Part shown: piece after piece, positions 19,279-34,472 of the stretch | Numbering within the stretch: the stretch's first letter is position 1 | Layout of the letters: every line of letters starts with the position of its first letter | Assembly (NCBI GenBank): GCA_963804645.1 | Contig: CAWDRG010000017.1 | Span: 352,001 to 416,000, forward strand | Length of the DNA stretch: 64,000 nt | Direction: 5' to 3' | Origin: an uncultured Bacillota bacterium | GTDB taxonomy: Bacteria; Sysuimicrobiota; Sysuimicrobiia; Sysuimicrobiales; Segetimicrobiaceae | The notes under the pieces: generated by a model | What the model was told of the DNA's origin: nothing | Databases searched by the model: none | The model's input: the letters and a program-made list of their open reading frames with translations, nothing else | Translations under genes and position numbers: made by a program

Positions 19279-20547
19279 TCACTTCATGAAGCCTTCGTAG
19301 TGCCGCATCAACACGTACGCCTCGATCTGTTTCATCGTGTCCAGTGCCACACCCACGACGATCAGCAGCGACGTGCCCGTCAGGTACAGCGTCAGCTGCC
19401 CGGTGAATCGAGAGATAAAAATCGGCACGACGGCGATCAGTCCCAGGAAGATCGCGCCGACCAGCGTCAGGCGTTCCAGAATGCGGGTCAGGTAGTCGGT
19501 CGTGGGCTTCCCGGGGCGGATCCCCGGGATGAAGCCGCCGTACTTTTTGATGTTGTCGGACACGTCCTCGGGATCGAACGTGACGGCGCTGTAGAAGTAC
19601 GTGAAGAAGATGATCAGCACGAAATACATGAGCGCCCCGGTGGTGCTATTCAGGCTGAAGTAGGCGCCAATCTCCTGCACCAGCGGGTTCTTCGAGAACT
19701 GCGCGACGGTCGTCGGAAGCTGGATCATCGACACCGCGAAGATGATGGGGATCACGCCCGAGGCCGCGATCCGCATCGGCAGATAGGTCGTCTGCCCGCC
19801 CACCATGCGGCGGCCGACGATGCGCTTCGCGTACTGAATCGGGATCTTGCGGGCGGCCTGGGTCACCAGCACGACAAGCACGATGCTGACCAGAATCACG
19901 AAGATATCCGAGACCGCGTTGAGCCACGTGGACTCGCCGACGTTCACGAGCCCGACCGTCTGCTGCAGCTGCTGCGGCAGCCGCGAGCAGATGCCGGCGA
20001 AGATGATCAGGGACACGCCGTTCCCGATGCCGTACTCGGTCATGATCTCGCCCATCCAGGTCAGCACCATCGTCCCCGCGACAAGCGTCGCGAGGATCTC
20101 GGTGAAGACGATCGGGCTGGGATTGATGATCGCGTTCAGGTTCCGAATGAGGAGCACCTGCGACGAGCCCTGGATCACCGCCAGCAGCACGGCCAGGTAC
20201 AGGGTCCACTGTCCGATCTTGCGGCGCCCGGCCTCCCCCTCGTCGCGGTGGATCTCCTTCAGACGGGGAAAGACCACCTCGAGCAGGCTGAAGATGATCG
20301 ACGAGGTGATGTAGGGGAACACGCCGAGCGCGAACACCGCGAACCGCGACAGTGCGCCGCCGACGAACAGGTCGATGAAGCCGAGCGCGTTGCCCGGCTG
20401 GTTGAACAGATTCTGCAGCTGGGCCACGTTCACGCCGGGCACGGGGATGTGTGACCCCATGCGAAACACGGCGAGCATTCCGACGGTAAATAGGAACTTT
20501 CGCCGGAGGTCGGGGATCCGAAAAACGTTGGCCAGACCCGGAATCAT
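19279..20547 (-). CDS. secY: preprotein translocase SecY
   Basis: HIPVPG, LGVFPYITSSI, YGIGNGVSLII, FIPGIRPG, GTSLLIVVGV. Confidence 0.97.
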   Translation of the reverse strand: MIPGLANVFRIPDLRRKFLFTVGMLAVFRMGSHIPVPGVNVAQLQNLFNQPGNALGFIDLFVGGALSRFAVFALGVFPYITSSIIFSLLEVVFPRLKEIHRDEGEAGRRKIGQWTLYLAVLLAVIQGSSQVLLIRNLNAIINPSPIVFTEILATLVAGTMVLTWMGEIMTEYGIGNGVSLIIFAGICSRLPQQLQQTVGLVNVGESTWLNAVSDIFVILVSIVLVVLVTQAARKIPIQYAKRIVGRRMVGGQTTYLPMRIAASGVIPIIFAVSMIQLPTTVAQFSKNPLVQEIGAYFSLNSTTGALMYFVLIIFFTYFYSAVTFDPEDVSDNIKKYGGFIPGIRPGKPTTDYLTRILERLTLVGAIFLGLIAVVPIFISRFTGQLTLYLTGTSLLIVVGVALDTMKQIEAYVLMRHYEGFMK

Positions 20548-21011
20548 GCGATCACCTCGGCCCGCCCTCCTGCGGCCTCGATCAGCTTGCGCGCCGAGGC
20601 GCTGAAGGCGTGGGCCCGCACGACCAGCGCGTGGCCGAGATCGCCTTCCCCAAGAATCTTCACCTGCGCCGTCCGAAGCAGCCGGGCCTCCCGCAGGGTC
20701 TCGGGGGTCACCTCGCTCCCGGCGGGAAACGCGCTCAGGCGCCCGACATTCACGGTCCCCATCCGGGTGGGCCGCGCGCCGCCGACGAGGTTGCTGCCGG
20801 CCCCGCGCACGCCGCGCCGGTACGGTACCCGCTTGATCAGCGGGAGCTGGCCGCCCTCGAACCCGGGCCGCATCTGTCCGCCGGAGCGCGCTTTCTGCCC
20901 CTTGTTCCCCCGTCCGGCCGTGTTGCCGCTGCCGGAGGAGCCGCCCCGGCCGATCCGACGGGCCGGACGGCGCGACCCGCGCGCGGGCTTCAGCTTACCT
21001 AGGTTGGCCAT
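20544..21011 (-). CDS. rplO: 50S ribosomal protein L15
   Basis: RIGRG, GRGNKGQKARSG, GFEGGQ, KILGEG. Confidence 0.95.
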   Translation of the reverse strand: MANLGKLKPARGSRRPARRIGRGGSSGSGNTAGRGNKGQKARSGGQMRPGFEGGQLPLIKRVPYRRGVRGAGSNLVGGARPTRMGTVNVGRLSAFPAGSEVTPETLREARLLRTAQVKILGEGDLGHALVVRAHAFSASARKLIEAAGGRAEVIA

Positions 21012-21192
21012 CCGCCACCTCGCTGACGTCCACCAAATGCTGGACTTTCCGAAGCGCTCCCCGCAGCCCTGGCGTCAACGTGTGCACGCGGGCCGCGCCG
21101 ATGCGCCGCAGGCCGAGCGCCCAGACCGTGCGGCGCTGCGACTGCGTCTGCCCAATCAGGCTCCCCCGCAGGGTGATGCGGACCTGCTTCAC
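20995..21192 (-). CDS. rpmD: 50S ribosomal protein L30
   Basis: VRITLRGSLIG...ALGLRRIG...KVQHLV, between rpsE and rplO. Confidence 0.93.
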   Translation of the reverse strand: MKQVRITLRGSLIGQTQSQRRTVWALGLRRIGAARVHTLTPGLRGALRKVQHLVDVSEVADGQPR

Positions 21193-21830
21193 TACGCCGT
21201 CATCCACCGCTCGGCCCTCCGCCCGACAAGTTCGGCCACTGTCTTGTGCCGGCTCCGGGCCACCTCCTCGGGGCGCCGGATATCCAGCATCCCCTTGAGC
21301 GTCGCCCGCGCTTGATTGATCGGATTCTTGCTGCCGAGCGACTTCGTCAGGATGTCCCGCACCCCGGCCGCCTCGAGGACCGCCCGAACCGGACCGCCCG
21401 CGATAACGCCCGTGCCCTTGGCCGCCGGCTTCAGCAGCACCCGCGCCGCGCCGTACTCGGACACGATCTCGTGGGGCACCGTGGTCCCGGTCAGCGCCAC
21501 GTGCATGAGGTGCTTCTTCGCGTCCTCGGTGCCCTTGCGGATCGAGTCGGGCACCTCCCCCGCTTTGCCCAGCCCGACGCCGACGTGTCCGTGCTCATCG
21601 CCGACCACCACCAGGGCGCTGAAGTTGAACCGCTTCGCTCCCTTGGTCACTTTCGCCACGCGATTGATCCAGATCGCCTTCTCCCAGGTCAGGTTGACGC
21701 TGTCGGCGTTGACGCGCCGGTGCAAATACTCCAGATCGGCCGGTTTCGGCGCCGGCGGCGCCTCAACCTTGCGGGCCTTGCCCCGCAGCTTGTTCTTGCC
21801 CTTGACGAGCTTACTCTTGGATCGTGGCAT
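21192..21830 (-). CDS. rpsE: 30S ribosomal protein S5
   Basis: [34 protein letters not shown]. Confidence 0.96.
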   Translation of the reverse strand: MPRSKSKLVKGKNKLRGKARKVEAPPAPKPADLEYLHRRVNADSVNLTWEKAIWINRVAKVTKGAKRFNFSALVVVGDEHGHVGVGLGKAGEVPDSIRKGTEDAKKHLMHVALTGTTVPHEIVSEYGAARVLLKPAAKGTGVIAGGPVRAVLEAAGVRDILTKSLGSKNPINQARATLKGMLDIRRPEEVARSRHKTVAELVGRRAERWMTA

Positions 21831-21867
21831 CCACTTCTTCCTCCTCGCGGCGGCGATGCCGCCGGTC

Positions 21868-22236
21868 CTAGAACTCCAGCCCGCCCTCGCGGGCGCCCTC
21901 TGCGACGGCCCGCACGCGGCCGTGATACTGATAGCCGCCCCGGTCGAACACGACCTGACTCAGGCCGCGCTCCTTGGCGCGCCGCGCGATCAGCTGTCCG
22001 ACGATCTTGCACGCCTCGGACTTGCTCGCCGCGTCCGCCTGCGCGCGGATCTCCGGATCGAGCGTCGACGCGGCCGCCAGTGTCCGCCCCGTGCCGTCGT
22101 CGACGAGCTGGACGTAGACGTGGGAAAGGCTGCGGAACACCGACAGCCGCGGCCGCTCCGGCGTGCCGGACACCGTCCGGCGAATCCGAAGGTGCCGCCG
22201 CTGCCGATTCAGGTTGCGATCCTTGTGCTTAATCAT
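21868..22236 (-). CDS. rplR: 50S ribosomal protein L18
   Basis: [22 protein letters not shown]. Confidence 0.96.
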   Translation of the reverse strand: MIKHKDRNLNRQRRHLRIRRTVSGTPERPRLSVFRSLSHVYVQLVDDGTGRTLAAASTLDPEIRAQADAASKSEACKIVGQLIARRAKERGLSQVVFDRGGYQYHGRVRAVAEGAREGGLEF

Positions 22237-22289
22237 CGGTGCACCCCCACGGTCGGCGTCGATCGCACGCCGCGCCGCTCAGCGTTCTG

Positions 22290-22847
22290 TTAGCCCTTCG
22301 CGCCGCCGGCGGCCTTACCCGCCTTGCCCGCCTTGCGCCGCACCCGCTCGCCCACATAGCGAATGCCCTTGCCTTTGTACGGATCCGGTTCGCGGAACGC
22401 GCGGATCGTCGCCGCGGTCTGCCCGACCTGCTCCTTATCGATGCCCCCGACGACGATCCGGTTTGGCGCCGGAGCCTCGAGGGTCACGCCGGCCGGCGGC
22501 TTGACCTCGATCGGGTGAGAGTATCCGATCTGGAGCGTCAGGTTCGCGCCCTGCTTTTGCGCGCGGTACCCCACGCCCTGGATCTCCAATTCAACCCGGT
22601 ATCCCTGGGTCACGCCGCGCACCATGTTCGCCAGCAGCGCCCGCGTCAGCCCGTGCAGCGCGCGGTGGAACTTATCCTCGCTCTGCCGGGACACCAGCAT
22701 CTGCTTGTCCTCGACCGCCACCCGAATATCCGCATGGACGGCGCGCTCCAGCTTGCCCTTTGGCCCGGACACGTGGACCGTCCCGTCCGCGATTTGGACG
22801 TCGACCCCCTGAGGGATCGGAATCGGTGCTCTGCCTACACGAGACAT
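22290..22847 (-). CDS. rplF: 50S ribosomal protein L6
   Basis: MSRVGRAPI, GVGYRA, PDPYKGKGIRY. Confidence 0.96.
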   Translation of the reverse strand: MSRVGRAPIPIPQGVDVQIADGTVHVSGPKGKLERAVHADIRVAVEDKQMLVSRQSEDKFHRALHGLTRALLANMVRGVTQGYRVELEIQGVGYRAQKQGANLTLQIGYSHPIEVKPPAGVTLEAPAPNRIVVGGIDKEQVGQTAATIRAFREPDPYKGKGIRYVGERVRRKAGKAGKAAGGAKG

Positions 22848-22866
22848 TCCCGGCTCCTTCCCGCCG

Positions 22867-23265
22867 CTACCAGATGAAGCACAGCACTTCGCCGCCGACC
22901 CCGGCCTTGCGCGCGTCGCGGTCGGTCATGACGCCGCGGGAGGTCGACAGGATCGCCACCCCGAGCCCGCCGCGCACGCGCGGCACGTCCGCCCGGCGCG
23001 CGTAAATCCGCAGCCCCGGACGGCTGATCCGCCGCAGGCCGGTGATGATGGTCTGCTTGCGCTCCCCGTACCGCAGCTGGATCCGGATCCCCTCGGGCGT
23101 TGTCTTCTCGGTATGGTAGTCCGCGATAAACCCTTCCGCTTTGAGGATCTTCGCGATCTCCATCTTCATGCGCGACGCCGGCACCGACACCGTGTCGTGG
23201 TGCGCAATCATCCCGTTGCGAATCCGGGTCAGCATGTCCGCGATCGGATCGGTAATCACTCCCAC
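22867..23265 (-). CDS. rpsH: 30S ribosomal protein S8
   Basis: [32 protein letters not shown] start. Confidence 0.96.
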   Translation of the reverse strand: MGVITDPIADMLTRIRNGMIAHHDTVSVPASRMKMEIAKILKAEGFIADYHTEKTTPEGIRIQLRYGERKQTIITGLRRISRPGLRIYARRADVPRVRGGLGVAILSTSRGVMTDRDARKAGVGGEVLCFIW

Positions 23266-23275
23266 TCCCGTCACC

Positions 23276-23461
23276 TCACCAACTGGCCTTGACCACGCCG
23301 GGGATCTCTCCCCGGTGGGCCAGCGTGCGCAGGCAGATCCGGCACAGGCCGAACTTCCGGAACACCGCGCGCGGCCGGCCGCAGTTACGGCAGCGGTTGT
23401 ACCGCCGCACCTTAAACTTCGGCGTCTTCCGCCACTTATTGAGCAGCGCCTTCTTCGGCAT
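23276..23461 (-). CDS. rpsZ: 30S ribosomal protein S14, Zn-binding (type Z)
   Basis: 61 aa, RCRNCGRPR...LCRICLR...IPGVVKASW. Confidence 0.95.
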   Translation of the reverse strand: MPKKALLNKWRKTPKFKVRRYNRCRNCGRPRAVFRKFGLCRICLRTLAHRGEIPGVVKASW

Positions 23462-24025
23462 CTAACTGGCCCCCCCGACCTGCGCGGTCTCGCGGAGCGG
23501 CAGCCCGAGCAGCCGCAGGAGCTCTCGGGCTTCCTCGTCGGATCGCGCCGTCGTAACGATCGAGATGTCCATCCCGCGGATTTTGTCCACCTTGTCATAT
23601 TCGATCTCAGGGAAGATCAACTGCTCGCGCAGCCCGATGTTCATCCCGCCGCGGCCGTCGAGCGATCGCGACGACAACCCCTTGAAATCCTTGATCCGCG
23701 GCAGGCTGATGTTGAACAGCTTGTCGAGAAATTCGTACATCCGCTCGCCGCGCAGCGTCACTTTGCACCCGATTGGGTTTCCCGTGCGCAACTTGAACGC
23801 CGCGATCGACCGACGGGCGCGGGTGATCACCGGCCGCTGCCCGCTGATAAGCGTCAGCTCCTCCACGGCCTTGTCGAGATGTCGCTGATCCTGCAGCGCG
23901 TCGGCGACGCGCATATTGATCACGACCTTCTCGACCTTGGGCACCTGCATCGGGTTCGTGTAGCCAAACCGCTCCCGCAGCCCGCTCGTGACCTCTCCCT
24001 TATACTTCTCACGCAACCGTTCCAT
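23462..24025 (-). CDS. rplE: 50S ribosomal protein L5
   Basis: [30 protein letters not shown]. Confidence 0.96.
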   Translation of the reverse strand: MERLREKYKGEVTSGLRERFGYTNPMQVPKVEKVVINMRVADALQDQRHLDKAVEELTLISGQRPVITRARRSIAAFKLRTGNPIGCKVTLRGERMYEFLDKLFNISLPRIKDFKGLSSRSLDGRGGMNIGLREQLIFPEIEYDKVDKIRGMDISIVTTARSDEEARELLRLLGLPLRETAQVGGAS

Positions 24026-24080
24026 CGTGCACCTCGTGTTGACCGCCCGCCCTGCCCGCCGGCGAGACGGCCGCGTCCCT

Positions 24081-24422
24081 CTATGCCCGATCGATAATCT
24101 CTCCGCAGTGCCGACACACGCGCACCCGCTTGCCGTCGTCCATCAACTGGTGGCCGAACCGCACGGCACGCCCGCACCGGGTGCACACCAGCATCGCCTT
24201 GCCTGACGGAAACGGCATCGGCTTCTCGATGATGCCGCCCGCCGGGTTCTTATCCGACGGTTTGGTGTGGCGCTTCGCGATCATGACGCCTTCGACGATG
24301 ATGCGTCCGCGGTCCGGGATGACGCGCAGGACCTTCCCCCGCTTGCCCCGGTACTTCCCGTGGATGACCTCGACCGTGTCACCGCGCCGGACGTGCACCG
24401 CGACCCTCGGTCCGCCCATCAC
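24081..24422 (-). CDS. rplX: 50S ribosomal protein L24
   Basis: KOW motif [24 protein letters not shown]. Confidence 0.95.
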   Translation of the reverse strand: MMGGPRVAVHVRRGDTVEVIHGKYRGKRGKVLRVIPDRGRIIVEGVMIAKRHTKPSDKNPAGGIIEKPMPFPSGKAMLVCTRCGRAVRFGHQLMDDGKRVRVCRHCGEIIDRA

Positions 24423-24787
24423 AGCACCTCCGGCGCGAGCGAGATGATCTTCATGAACTGCTTGTCCCGCAGCTCCCGCGCGACGGGACCGAAGATCCGG
24501 GTCCCGCGCGGGTTGTTCTGGTCAGTGATCAGCACCGCCGCGTTGTCGTCGAACCGGATGGCTGACCCGTCCGGCCGACGCGTCGGCCGGGTCGTCCGGA
24601 CGACCACCGCGCGCACCACTTCGCCCTTCTTAACCGCGCTGTTCGGAATCGCCTGTTTCACCGTGGCGACGATCACATCCCCGATACCAGCGTACCGCCG
24701 GTCCGACCCACCCTTGACGCGAATACACATAATCTCGCGCGCGCCGGTGTTGTCCGCTACCCTCAGCCGTGTATAGTTCTGAATCAT
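24419..24787 (-). CDS. rplN: 50S ribosomal protein L14
   Basis: [34 protein letters not shown]. Confidence 0.97.
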   Translation of the reverse strand: MIQNYTRLRVADNTGAREIMCIRVKGGSDRRYAGIGDVIVATVKQAIPNSAVKKGEVVRAVVVRTTRPTRRPDGSAIRFDDNAAVLITDQNNPRGTRIFGPVARELRDKQFMKIISLAPEVL

Positions 24788-24841
24788 CGCTTGCCCCCAT
24801 CACGCCCCGCTGGCACCCCGCGACGGACGACGATGCGCCGC

Positions 24842-25132
24842 CTACCGGGCCCGCTCCAACACCTGGACCACACGCCACCGCTTGTCCTTGCTCAGCGGAC
24901 GGGTCTCCGAGATGAGCACCCGATCGCCGACGTGCGCCTCGTTCTGCTCGTCGTGCGCCTTGAACCGGCGGTTCTGACTGACGACCTTCCGGTACAGCGG
25001 ATGGCGGCCGCGCCGGACAACCTCGACGACCACAGTCTTCTGCATCTTGTCGCTTACGACGAGACCGACCTGTGTCTTCCGTTTGGCCCGTGCCGCCGTC
25101 TCGGCCGCCGTGACCCCCAACTCCTCCGCCAT
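24842..25132 (-). CDS. rpsQ: 30S ribosomal protein S17
   Basis: [26 protein letters not shown]. Confidence 0.96.
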   Translation of the reverse strand: MAEELGVTAAETAARAKRKTQVGLVVSDKMQKTVVVEVVRRGRHPLYRKVVSQNRRFKAHDEQNEAHVGDRVLISETRPLSKDKRWRVVQVLERAR

Positions 25133-25335
25133 CACGCCCTCCCTCCGGCCAGCTCGCGCTCGCGCAGCGTGGTCAGCAGGCGTGCGACCGTCCGCCGCAC
25201 CTGCGACACCCGAGCCGGGCTCTCAAGCTTGCCCGACGCACGCTGCAGACGCAGCGTGAACAACTGCTGCCGCGCATCCTGCAGCTGCTTGGCGATCTCC
25301 GCCTCGGTCAACTCGCTCAACGGTGCCGCCGTCAT
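25132..25335 (-). CDS. rpmC: 50S ribosomal protein L29
   Basis: [14 protein letters not shown]...[10 protein letters not shown], between rplP and rpsQ. Confidence 0.94.
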   Translation of the reverse strand: MTAAPLSELTEAEIAKQLQDARQQLFTLRLQRASGKLESPARVSQVRRTVARLLTTLRERELAGGRA

Positions 25336-25781
25336 GCCTGACTCCCCTCTGCCAGCGCCGCCGTCTGTCCGGCCCCCTCGCGCAGCACGAACCGCGTGCG
25401 GATCGGCAGCTTATGCCCGGCCAACTGCATCGCCTCCCGGGCCACGCCTTCGTTCACGCCGGCGAGCTCGAGCAGCACGCGGCCGGGCTTGATCACGGCG
25501 ACCCACAGCTCCGGGTTCCCCTTGCCGCTCCCCATGCGCGTCTCGGCCGGCTTCTTGGTCACCGGCTTATCCGGAAACACGCGGATCCAGAGTTTGCCGC
25601 CGCGCTTGATAAACCGCGTGATCGCCCGACGTGACGCCTCAAGCTGCTGGCTCGTGACGTATCCGCGCCCCAGGGCCTGGAGGCCGTACTCCCCGAACGC
25701 CACGAACGCCCCGGCGTGCGCCTCGCCCCGCATGCGTCCCCGCTGGGACTTACGATACTTGACCCTCTTGGGCATCAGCAT
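25332..25781 (-). CDS. rplP: 50S ribosomal protein L16
   Basis: [23 protein letters not shown]. Confidence 0.97.
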   Translation of the reverse strand: MLMPKRVKYRKSQRGRMRGEAHAGAFVAFGEYGLQALGRGYVTSQQLEASRRAITRFIKRGGKLWIRVFPDKPVTKKPAETRMGSGKGNPELWVAVIKPGRVLLELAGVNEGVAREAMQLAGHKLPIRTRFVLREGAGQTAALAEGSQA

Positions 25782-26505
25782 TTCCGTCTTGCCTCCTCTG
25801 CACCGTCACGCGCGGCAGCCGCGACGGCAGCACCGTCGTCTCCCCCGCACGGCCCCGCAGTTCCGCCGGCCGACGCCGCTCCGGCAACACATCGCCACGG
25901 TAGATCCACACCTTGACCCCAATGCGTCCGTAGGTCGTCAGCGCCTCGGCCACGCCAAAATCGATGTCCGCGCGCAGCGTGTGAAGAGGCACCCGGCCGT
26001 CCCGGTACCACTCGTACCGGGCGATCTCGGCGCCGGCGAGCCGCCCGGCGCACGCGATGCGAATCCCCTTCGCCCCGCTGCGGAGGCTCCGCGCCACCGC
26101 CTGCTTCATCGCCCGCCGGTATGCAATCCGGCGTTCAAGCTGGCTGGCGACGTTCTGGGCGACGAGCGCGGCCTCGAGCTCGGCCCGCCGGATCTCCTGC
26201 ACGTTCAGTTGGATCTGCTTGCCCGTCAGCGCTTCGAGCTCTTTCTTCAGCGCGTCGATTCCCGTGCCGCCCCGGCCGATGATGATGCCCGGCCTGGCCG
26301 AGTGGATCGTGATCCGGACCCGGTTCGCCGCGCGCTCGATCTCGATGCGCGAGATCCCCGCGCGACCGAGCTTCGCCTTGATGTGTTTGCGGAGCGTCTG
26401 GTCCTCCTGGATAAGGTCGGGAAAATTCTTTTCCGCGTACCACTTGGACTCCCAATCCTTGATGATCCCGAGCCTCAACCCGATCGGATGGATCTTCTGC
26501 CCCAC
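25750..26505 (-). CDS. rpsC: 30S ribosomal protein S3
   Basis: [35 protein letters not shown] start. Confidence 0.96.
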   Translation of the reverse strand: MGQKIHPIGLRLGIIKDWESKWYAEKNFPDLIQEDQTLRKHIKAKLGRAGISRIEIERAANRVRITIHSARPGIIIGRGGTGIDALKKELEALTGKQIQLNVQEIRRAELEAALVAQNVASQLERRIAYRRAMKQAVARSLRSGAKGIRIACAGRLAGAEIARYEWYRDGRVPLHTLRADIDFGVAEALTTYGRIGVKVWIYRGDVLPERRRPAELRGRAGETTVLPSRLPRVTVQRRQDGNADAQEGQVS

Positions 26506-26592
26506 GATGCGCCTCCTGTTATGCAGCCCAGCCCGCGAGCCGGCACCCACGTGCGGCCCCCGCGAGCGTTCGGCCGTCCTGCCGACCGTCGA

Positions 26593-26925
26593 TCACTCGT
26601 CGCCCACCACTACGGTGATATGACTGCTTCGCTTCTTGATCACGTCCGCGCGGCCGCGCGCCCGCGGCTGCATCCGGCGAACCGTACTCCCCGCGTCCAC
26701 GTACGCCCGCGCCACCCGGAGGGTGTCTCGCCCGAGCTCAAGGTTGTGCTCTGCGTTGGCGGCCGCCGACGCCACGACCTTGGCCAGCACCCGCGCCGCG
26801 CGGTTCGGCGTGAACTGCAGAACCGCGAGCGCATCATCGATGCCCTTCCCCCGGATCAGCGCCAGCACCGGCCGCACCTTGGTGGGCGAAATCCGGACGT
26901 GTCGCGCAATCGCCTTCGCTTCCAT
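26593..26925 (-). CDS. rplV: 50S ribosomal protein L22
   Basis: VRISPTKVR, SAAANA, PRARGRA, SHITV. Confidence 0.96.
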   Translation of the reverse strand: MEAKAIARHVRISPTKVRPVLALIRGKGIDDALAVLQFTPNRAARVLAKVVASAAANAEHNLELGRDTLRVARAYVDAGSTVRRMQPRARGRADVIKKRSSHITVVVGDE

Positions 26926-26937
26926 CCGCCGCCCCCT

Positions 26938-27279
26938 CTACGTCGCCGGCGCCGCGGCGGGTGCCGCCGCGGGCGTGCCGCCCGCGGGCGCGCCAGACCG
27001 CACGGCCGTGGTCTTCTCGACCCGCGCACCGTGGCTCTTGAACGTCCGCGTCGCCGCAAACTCGCCCAGCTTATGCCCGACCATGTTCTCGGTCACATAG
27101 ATCGGGACGTGCTTGCGCCCGTCGTACACCGCGATCGTGTGTCCGACCATCTCCGGCACGACGGTCGAGCGCCGGGACCACGTGCGGATCACCCGCCGCT
27201 CCCGCGTCTTGTTCAGTGTCTGGACCTTCGTGAGCAGATGCGCGTCCACGAAGGGACCCTTCTTTACGGATCGGCCCAT
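26938..27279 (-). CDS. rpsS: 30S ribosomal protein S19
   Basis: [23 protein letters not shown]. Confidence 0.96.
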   Translation of the reverse strand: MGRSVKKGPFVDAHLLTKVQTLNKTRERRVIRTWSRRSTVVPEMVGHTIAVYDGRKHVPIYVTENMVGHKLGEFAATRTFKSHGARVEKTTAVRSGAPAGGTPAAAPAAAPAT

Positions 27280-27364
27280 GTTATCTCCACCCCATCCGCT
27301 GATCGGTCGCCCACGGCGTGCCGTGGGTCCCGCCGTCTCGTGATCCGCTCACACACCCGCTCAT

Positions 27365-28189
27365 TTAGTCCCGCCGCTTGACGATGAACTTGTCGCTCGG
27401 CTTCGTCGTCCGCGTCCGATAGCCGAGGGTCGGCTTCCCCCACGGGGTGACCGGCCCGGGCATGCCGATCGGCGACTTGCCTTCGCCGCCGCCGTGCGGA
27501 TGGCTGCTGGGATCCATCACCACGCCGCGGACCGACGGGCGCCAGCCCATCCACCGCGTCCGGCCTGCCTTGCCGATGCTGATGGACTCATGGTCGAGGT
27601 TGCCGACCTGTCCGATCGTCGCCCGGCACTCGATGTGCACCATCCGGACCTCGCCCGACGGCAGCCGGATCTGGGCGTAGTCGCCTTCCTTGGCCATCAC
27701 CTGCGCCGAACTCCCGGCGCTGCGAACCATCTGCCCGCCGCGGCCGATCTGCAGCTCGACGTTGTGGACGGTCGAGCCCACCGGAATCGCGCGGAGCGGC
27801 AGCGCGTTGCCCGGCCGGATCTCCGCCTCCGGCCCGGACGCAAGCACGTCGCCGACACCGAGTCCGACCGGCGCTAGGATGTACCGCTTCTCGCCGTCCG
27901 CGTAGTGCAGCAGCGCGATCCGCGCCGACCGGTTCGGATCGTATTCGATCGCGGCGACGCGCGCCTTGATCCCATCCTTGTTCCGCTTGAAGTCGATGAC
28001 GCGGTAGCGCTGCTTATGCCCCCCGCCGCGGTGGCGGACGGTGACCTTGCCCTGCGCGTTGCGTCCCGCGTGGGACGACTGCGCGTCGAGCAGCGCCCGC
28101 TCCGGCTTGCTCTTGGTAATCTCCTCAAACAGCGACACGGTCTTGAACCGCTGGCCTGGGGTGATCGGCTTGAATTTCTTGACCGCCAT
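27365..28189 (-). CDS. rplB: 50S ribosomal protein L2
   Basis: [24 protein letters not shown]. Confidence 0.97.
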   Translation of the reverse strand: MAVKKFKPITPGQRFKTVSLFEEITKSKPERALLDAQSSHAGRNAQGKVTVRHRGGGHKQRYRVIDFKRNKDGIKARVAAIEYDPNRSARIALLHYADGEKRYILAPVGLGVGDVLASGPEAEIRPGNALPLRAIPVGSTVHNVELQIGRGGQMVRSAGSSAQVMAKEGDYAQIRLPSGEVRMVHIECRATIGQVGNLDHESISIGKAGRTRWMGWRPSVRGVVMDPSSHPHGGGEGKSPIGMPGPVTPWGKPTLGYRTRTTKPSDKFIVKRRD

Positions 28190-28246
28190 GCTATGCCTCC
28201 CCCCGCCGACGCGGCCCGCGTGTACGCCGTGCGCGTGATCCCGCGG

Positions 28247-28534
28247 TCATGTCAGCTTCTCCATGTCGATCTTGTCGCCGCTCGCCAGCGTCACGATCGC
28301 CTTCCGGTACCCGGCTTCCATGTACCGGTGCTGTCCGCGGCGGCGCTGCCGGCCGTGAATCCGGATCACGTTCACTTTGGTGACGTGCACCGAGAACAGC
28401 TGCTCGACGGCGGTACGGATCACCGGCTTCGTCGACCCGCCGTCCACTTCGAACGTGTATTTGTTGATCGTGGTCCCCCGCATGCTCTTCTCCGTGACGA
28501 TCGGGCGCCGGATAACCTCGCGCGGGTCGTTCAT
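28247..28534 (-). CDS. rplW: 50S ribosomal protein L23
   Basis: RPIVTEKS, YTFEV, KAIVTL. ATGA overlap with rplD. Confidence 0.95.
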   Translation of the reverse strand: MNDPREVIRRPIVTEKSMRGTTINKYTFEVDGGSTKPVIRTAVEQLFSVHVTKVNVIRIHGRQRRRGQHRYMEAGYRKAIVTLASGDKIDMEKLT

Positions 28535-29154
28535 GACACCACCTCCGCGATGTGGTCCAGGGCATCCCGAACGATCAGCAGGTGGTCGGAGATCAGAATC
28601 AGATGCACGTTCAGGTTGGCCGCCTGGATCACGTGCACCCCGGGCAGATTCGCCGCGGACCGGACAACGACCGGATCCAGGCCGGCCGTCACGAGCAGCA
28701 CCTTGCCCTCCGCCGCGACCGCGCGCAGCATCTTCGCCAGCACGCTCGTCTTCGGCTGCGCGAGTTCGAGCCGGTCGAGCACCGAGATCCGCCCTTCGAT
28801 GGCCTTCTCCGACAGCGCAGACCGAATCGCCAGGTGCCGCACCTTCTTCGGCAGGGAGTAGCTGTGGTCGCGCGGCGTCGGACCGAACACCACGCCGCCG
28901 CCGACGAACACGGGTGCCCCGCGCGCGCCGTGGCGCGCGCGGCCGGTGCCCTTCTGCCGGTACAGCTTGCGGGTCGTCCGGTTGACCTCGCCCCGCGTCA
29001 GTGTCGAGTGCGTCCCCCGCCGGCGCCCGGCGAGCTGCCACGCCACCGCTTCATGCAGCACCGCGGTATGCGGCGTGATCCCGAAGACGCCCGCCGCGAG
29101 CTCCATTTCCCCGACCCGGTTGCCGCCGGCGTCGTAGACGATCGCTGTGGTCAT
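28531..29154 (-). CDS. rplD: 50S ribosomal protein L4
   Basis: RRGTHSTLTRGEV, RQKGTGRARHG, GGGVVFGP. Confidence 0.96.
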   Translation of the reverse strand: MTTAIVYDAGGNRVGEMELAAGVFGITPHTAVLHEAVAWQLAGRRRGTHSTLTRGEVNRTTRKLYRQKGTGRARHGARGAPVFVGGGVVFGPTPRDHSYSLPKKVRHLAIRSALSEKAIEGRISVLDRLELAQPKTSVLAKMLRAVAAEGKVLLVTAGLDPVVVRSAANLPGVHVIQAANLNVHLILISDHLLIVRDALDHIAEVVS

Positions 29155-29783
29155 CCGCGCCTCCCTCCCGCCCGGCGCACCAGCACGAGCGCCCCACGGG
29201 GGCCCGGCACCGCGCCCCGGATCAGGAGCATGTTGCGCTCGAGATCGACGGAGACGATGCGGAGCCCGCGGATCGTCGTCCGCGCCCCGCCCAGCCGCCC
29301 GGGCATCTTCTTCCCCTTGAACACGCGGGCGATTTGGCTCGACCCGATGCTGCCGACCGCCCGATGCATCAAGCTGTTGCCGTGGGAATCCCGCTGCCCG
29401 CCGAAATTATGCCGCTTCATCGCCCCGGCGAACCCCTTGCCCTTGCTGACGCCGACGACGTCGACGCGGTCGCCGCCGCTGAACACATCCGCCCGCAGCG
29501 CCTGGCCCACCTCGAACGTCTCGTCCCGCGCCGTACGCACCTCCCGGATCACGCGCATCGGCTGAAGGCCGTGCTTCGTGAACAGGCCCTTGCGCGGCTT
29601 GTTCATCCGGGACTCGGCAATCGCCCCAAACCCGAGCTGCACCGCCGCGTACCCTTCGCGCTCGCGCGTACGCACGCCGACGACCACGCAGGGGCCGGCC
29701 TCAACGACGGTCACGGGCACGACGTGCCCCGCGTCATCGAAGATCTGGGTCATCCCGAGCTTCTTTCCGAGAATGGCCGGCAT
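29151..29783 (-). CDS. rplC: 50S ribosomal protein L3
   Basis: [30 protein letters not shown]. Confidence 0.96.
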   Translation of the reverse strand: MPAILGKKLGMTQIFDDAGHVVPVTVVEAGPCVVVGVRTREREGYAAVQLGFGAIAESRMNKPRKGLFTKHGLQPMRVIREVRTARDETFEVGQALRADVFSGGDRVDVVGVSKGKGFAGAMKRHNFGGQRDSHGNSLMHRAVGSIGSSQIARVFKGKKMPGRLGGARTTIRGLRIVSVDLERNMLLIRGAVPGPRGALVLVRRAGGRRG

Positions 29784-29856
29784 TCGCTCTCTCCTCACTC
29801 GTCTCGTGCCCGACGCGGTTCCGACCCGGCGGCTCGCCGGCCGCCGGAGGGCCGAG

Positions 29857-30162
29857 CTACAGCTTGATCTCGATGTCGACCCCCGCGGGCAGGTCGAGAT
29901 GCATCAGCGCATCCACCGTCTTGGGCGTCGGCTCGAGAATGTCGATCAGACGCTTGTGCGTCCTGAGCTCGAAGTGCTCCATCGACTCCTTGTCGATGTG
30001 CGGCGAGCGGATGACGCAGTACACGTTCCGATCCGTCGGCAGCGGGACGGGGCCGGAGATACGGGCGCCCGTCCGCCTGACCGTGTCCACGATCTTTTCC
30101 GCGGACTGATCGAGGACCTTATGGTCATACGCCTTCAGCTTAATCCGGATCTTCTGTGCCAT
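29857..30162 (-). CDS. rpsJ: 30S ribosomal protein S10
   Basis: [27 protein letters not shown]. Confidence 0.97.
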   Translation of the reverse strand: MAQKIRIKLKAYDHKVLDQSAEKIVDTVRRTGARISGPVPLPTDRNVYCVIRSPHIDKESMEHFELRTHKRLIDILEPTPKTVDALMHLDLPAGVDIEIKL

Positions 30163-30208
30163 CCCCCGCTCCTTTGTCTCCCGCTCAGCGACGCTGCGTG
30201 GCCGGGCG

Positions 30209-31426
<1,218 letters not shown>

Positions 31427-31476
31427 TCCCCTGCCTCCTGCCCCGGCCGTTGGCCCGCGGGGTCCGTGAGCAGCGC

Positions 31477-33600
<2,124 letters not shown>

Positions 33601-33613
33601 ACGTCCTCCACGC

Positions 33614-34084
33614 TCACCACCGATAATGCGCGAACGCCTTGTTCGCTTCGGCCATCTTGTGTGTGTCCTCGCGGCGCTTGACTGCCGCGCCCGCGTTGTT
33701 GCTGGCGTCCAGGATCTCGGCCGCCAACCGCTCCCGCATCGTGCGGCCCGGCCGCTGCCGGGCGTACTGCACGAGCCACCGGATCCCGAGCGACATCCGC
33801 CGCTCCGGCCGGACCTCGATCGGCACCTGATACGTCGCTCCGCCCACCCGCCGAGGCTTCACTTCCAGCACCGGCATGATGTTGTGAAGGGCCTGGTCGA
33901 GCACCTTGGCCGGCTCTTTGCCGCCCTTTTCCTGCACGGTCTCGAGCGCCGCGTACACGATGCGCTCGGCGAGGCTCTTCTTGCCCCGGGTCATCACCTT
34001 GTTGACCAGTCGAGTCACGTTCTGGCTCTGGAACACCAGGTCCGGCACGACCCGCCGGAGCGACACCGCCCCTTTGCGCGGCAT
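33614..34084 (-). CDS. rpsG: 30S ribosomal protein S7
   Basis: [26 protein letters not shown]. Confidence 0.97.
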   Translation of the reverse strand: MPRKGAVSLRRVVPDLVFQSQNVTRLVNKVMTRGKKSLAERIVYAALETVQEKGGKEPAKVLDQALHNIMPVLEVKPRRVGGATYQVPIEVRPERRMSLGIRWLVQYARQRPGRTMRERLAAEILDASNNAGAAVKRREDTHKMAEANKAFAHYRW

Positions 34085-34085
34085 G

Positions 34086-34472
34086 TTAGGCTGCCCCCGC
34101 CTTCTTGGGCCGCTTGGCCCCGTACTTGGAGCGTCCGCGCTTCCGGTCCTGAACCCCCGCGGTATCGAGCGTCCCGCGGACGATGTGGTACCGGATGCCG
34201 GGCAGGTCCTTTACGCGCCCACCGCGGATCAGGACCACCGAGTGCTCCTGCAGGTTGTGCCCGATCCCCGGGATGTAGACGGTGACCTCCTGCCCGTTCG
34301 TCAGCCGCACCCGCGCGATCTTCCGCAGCGCGGAGTTGGGCTTCTTCGGGGTCATCGTCTTCACTTGAATGCACACGCCCCGCTTTTGCGGGCTGTTCTG
34401 GAGTGCCGGCGACTTGCTCTTCGACGGCTCGATCCTCCGTCCCAACCGCACCAACTGCGTGATCGTCGGCAC
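34086..34472 (-). CDS. rpsL: 30S ribosomal protein S12
   Basis: [31 protein letters not shown] start with GGAGG RBS. Confidence 0.97.
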   Translation of the reverse strand: MPTITQLVRLGRRIEPSKSKSPALQNSPQKRGVCIQVKTMTPKKPNSALRKIARVRLTNGQEVTVYIPGIGHNLQEHSVVLIRGGRVKDLPGIRYHIVRGTLDTAGVQDRKRGRSKYGAKRPKKAGAA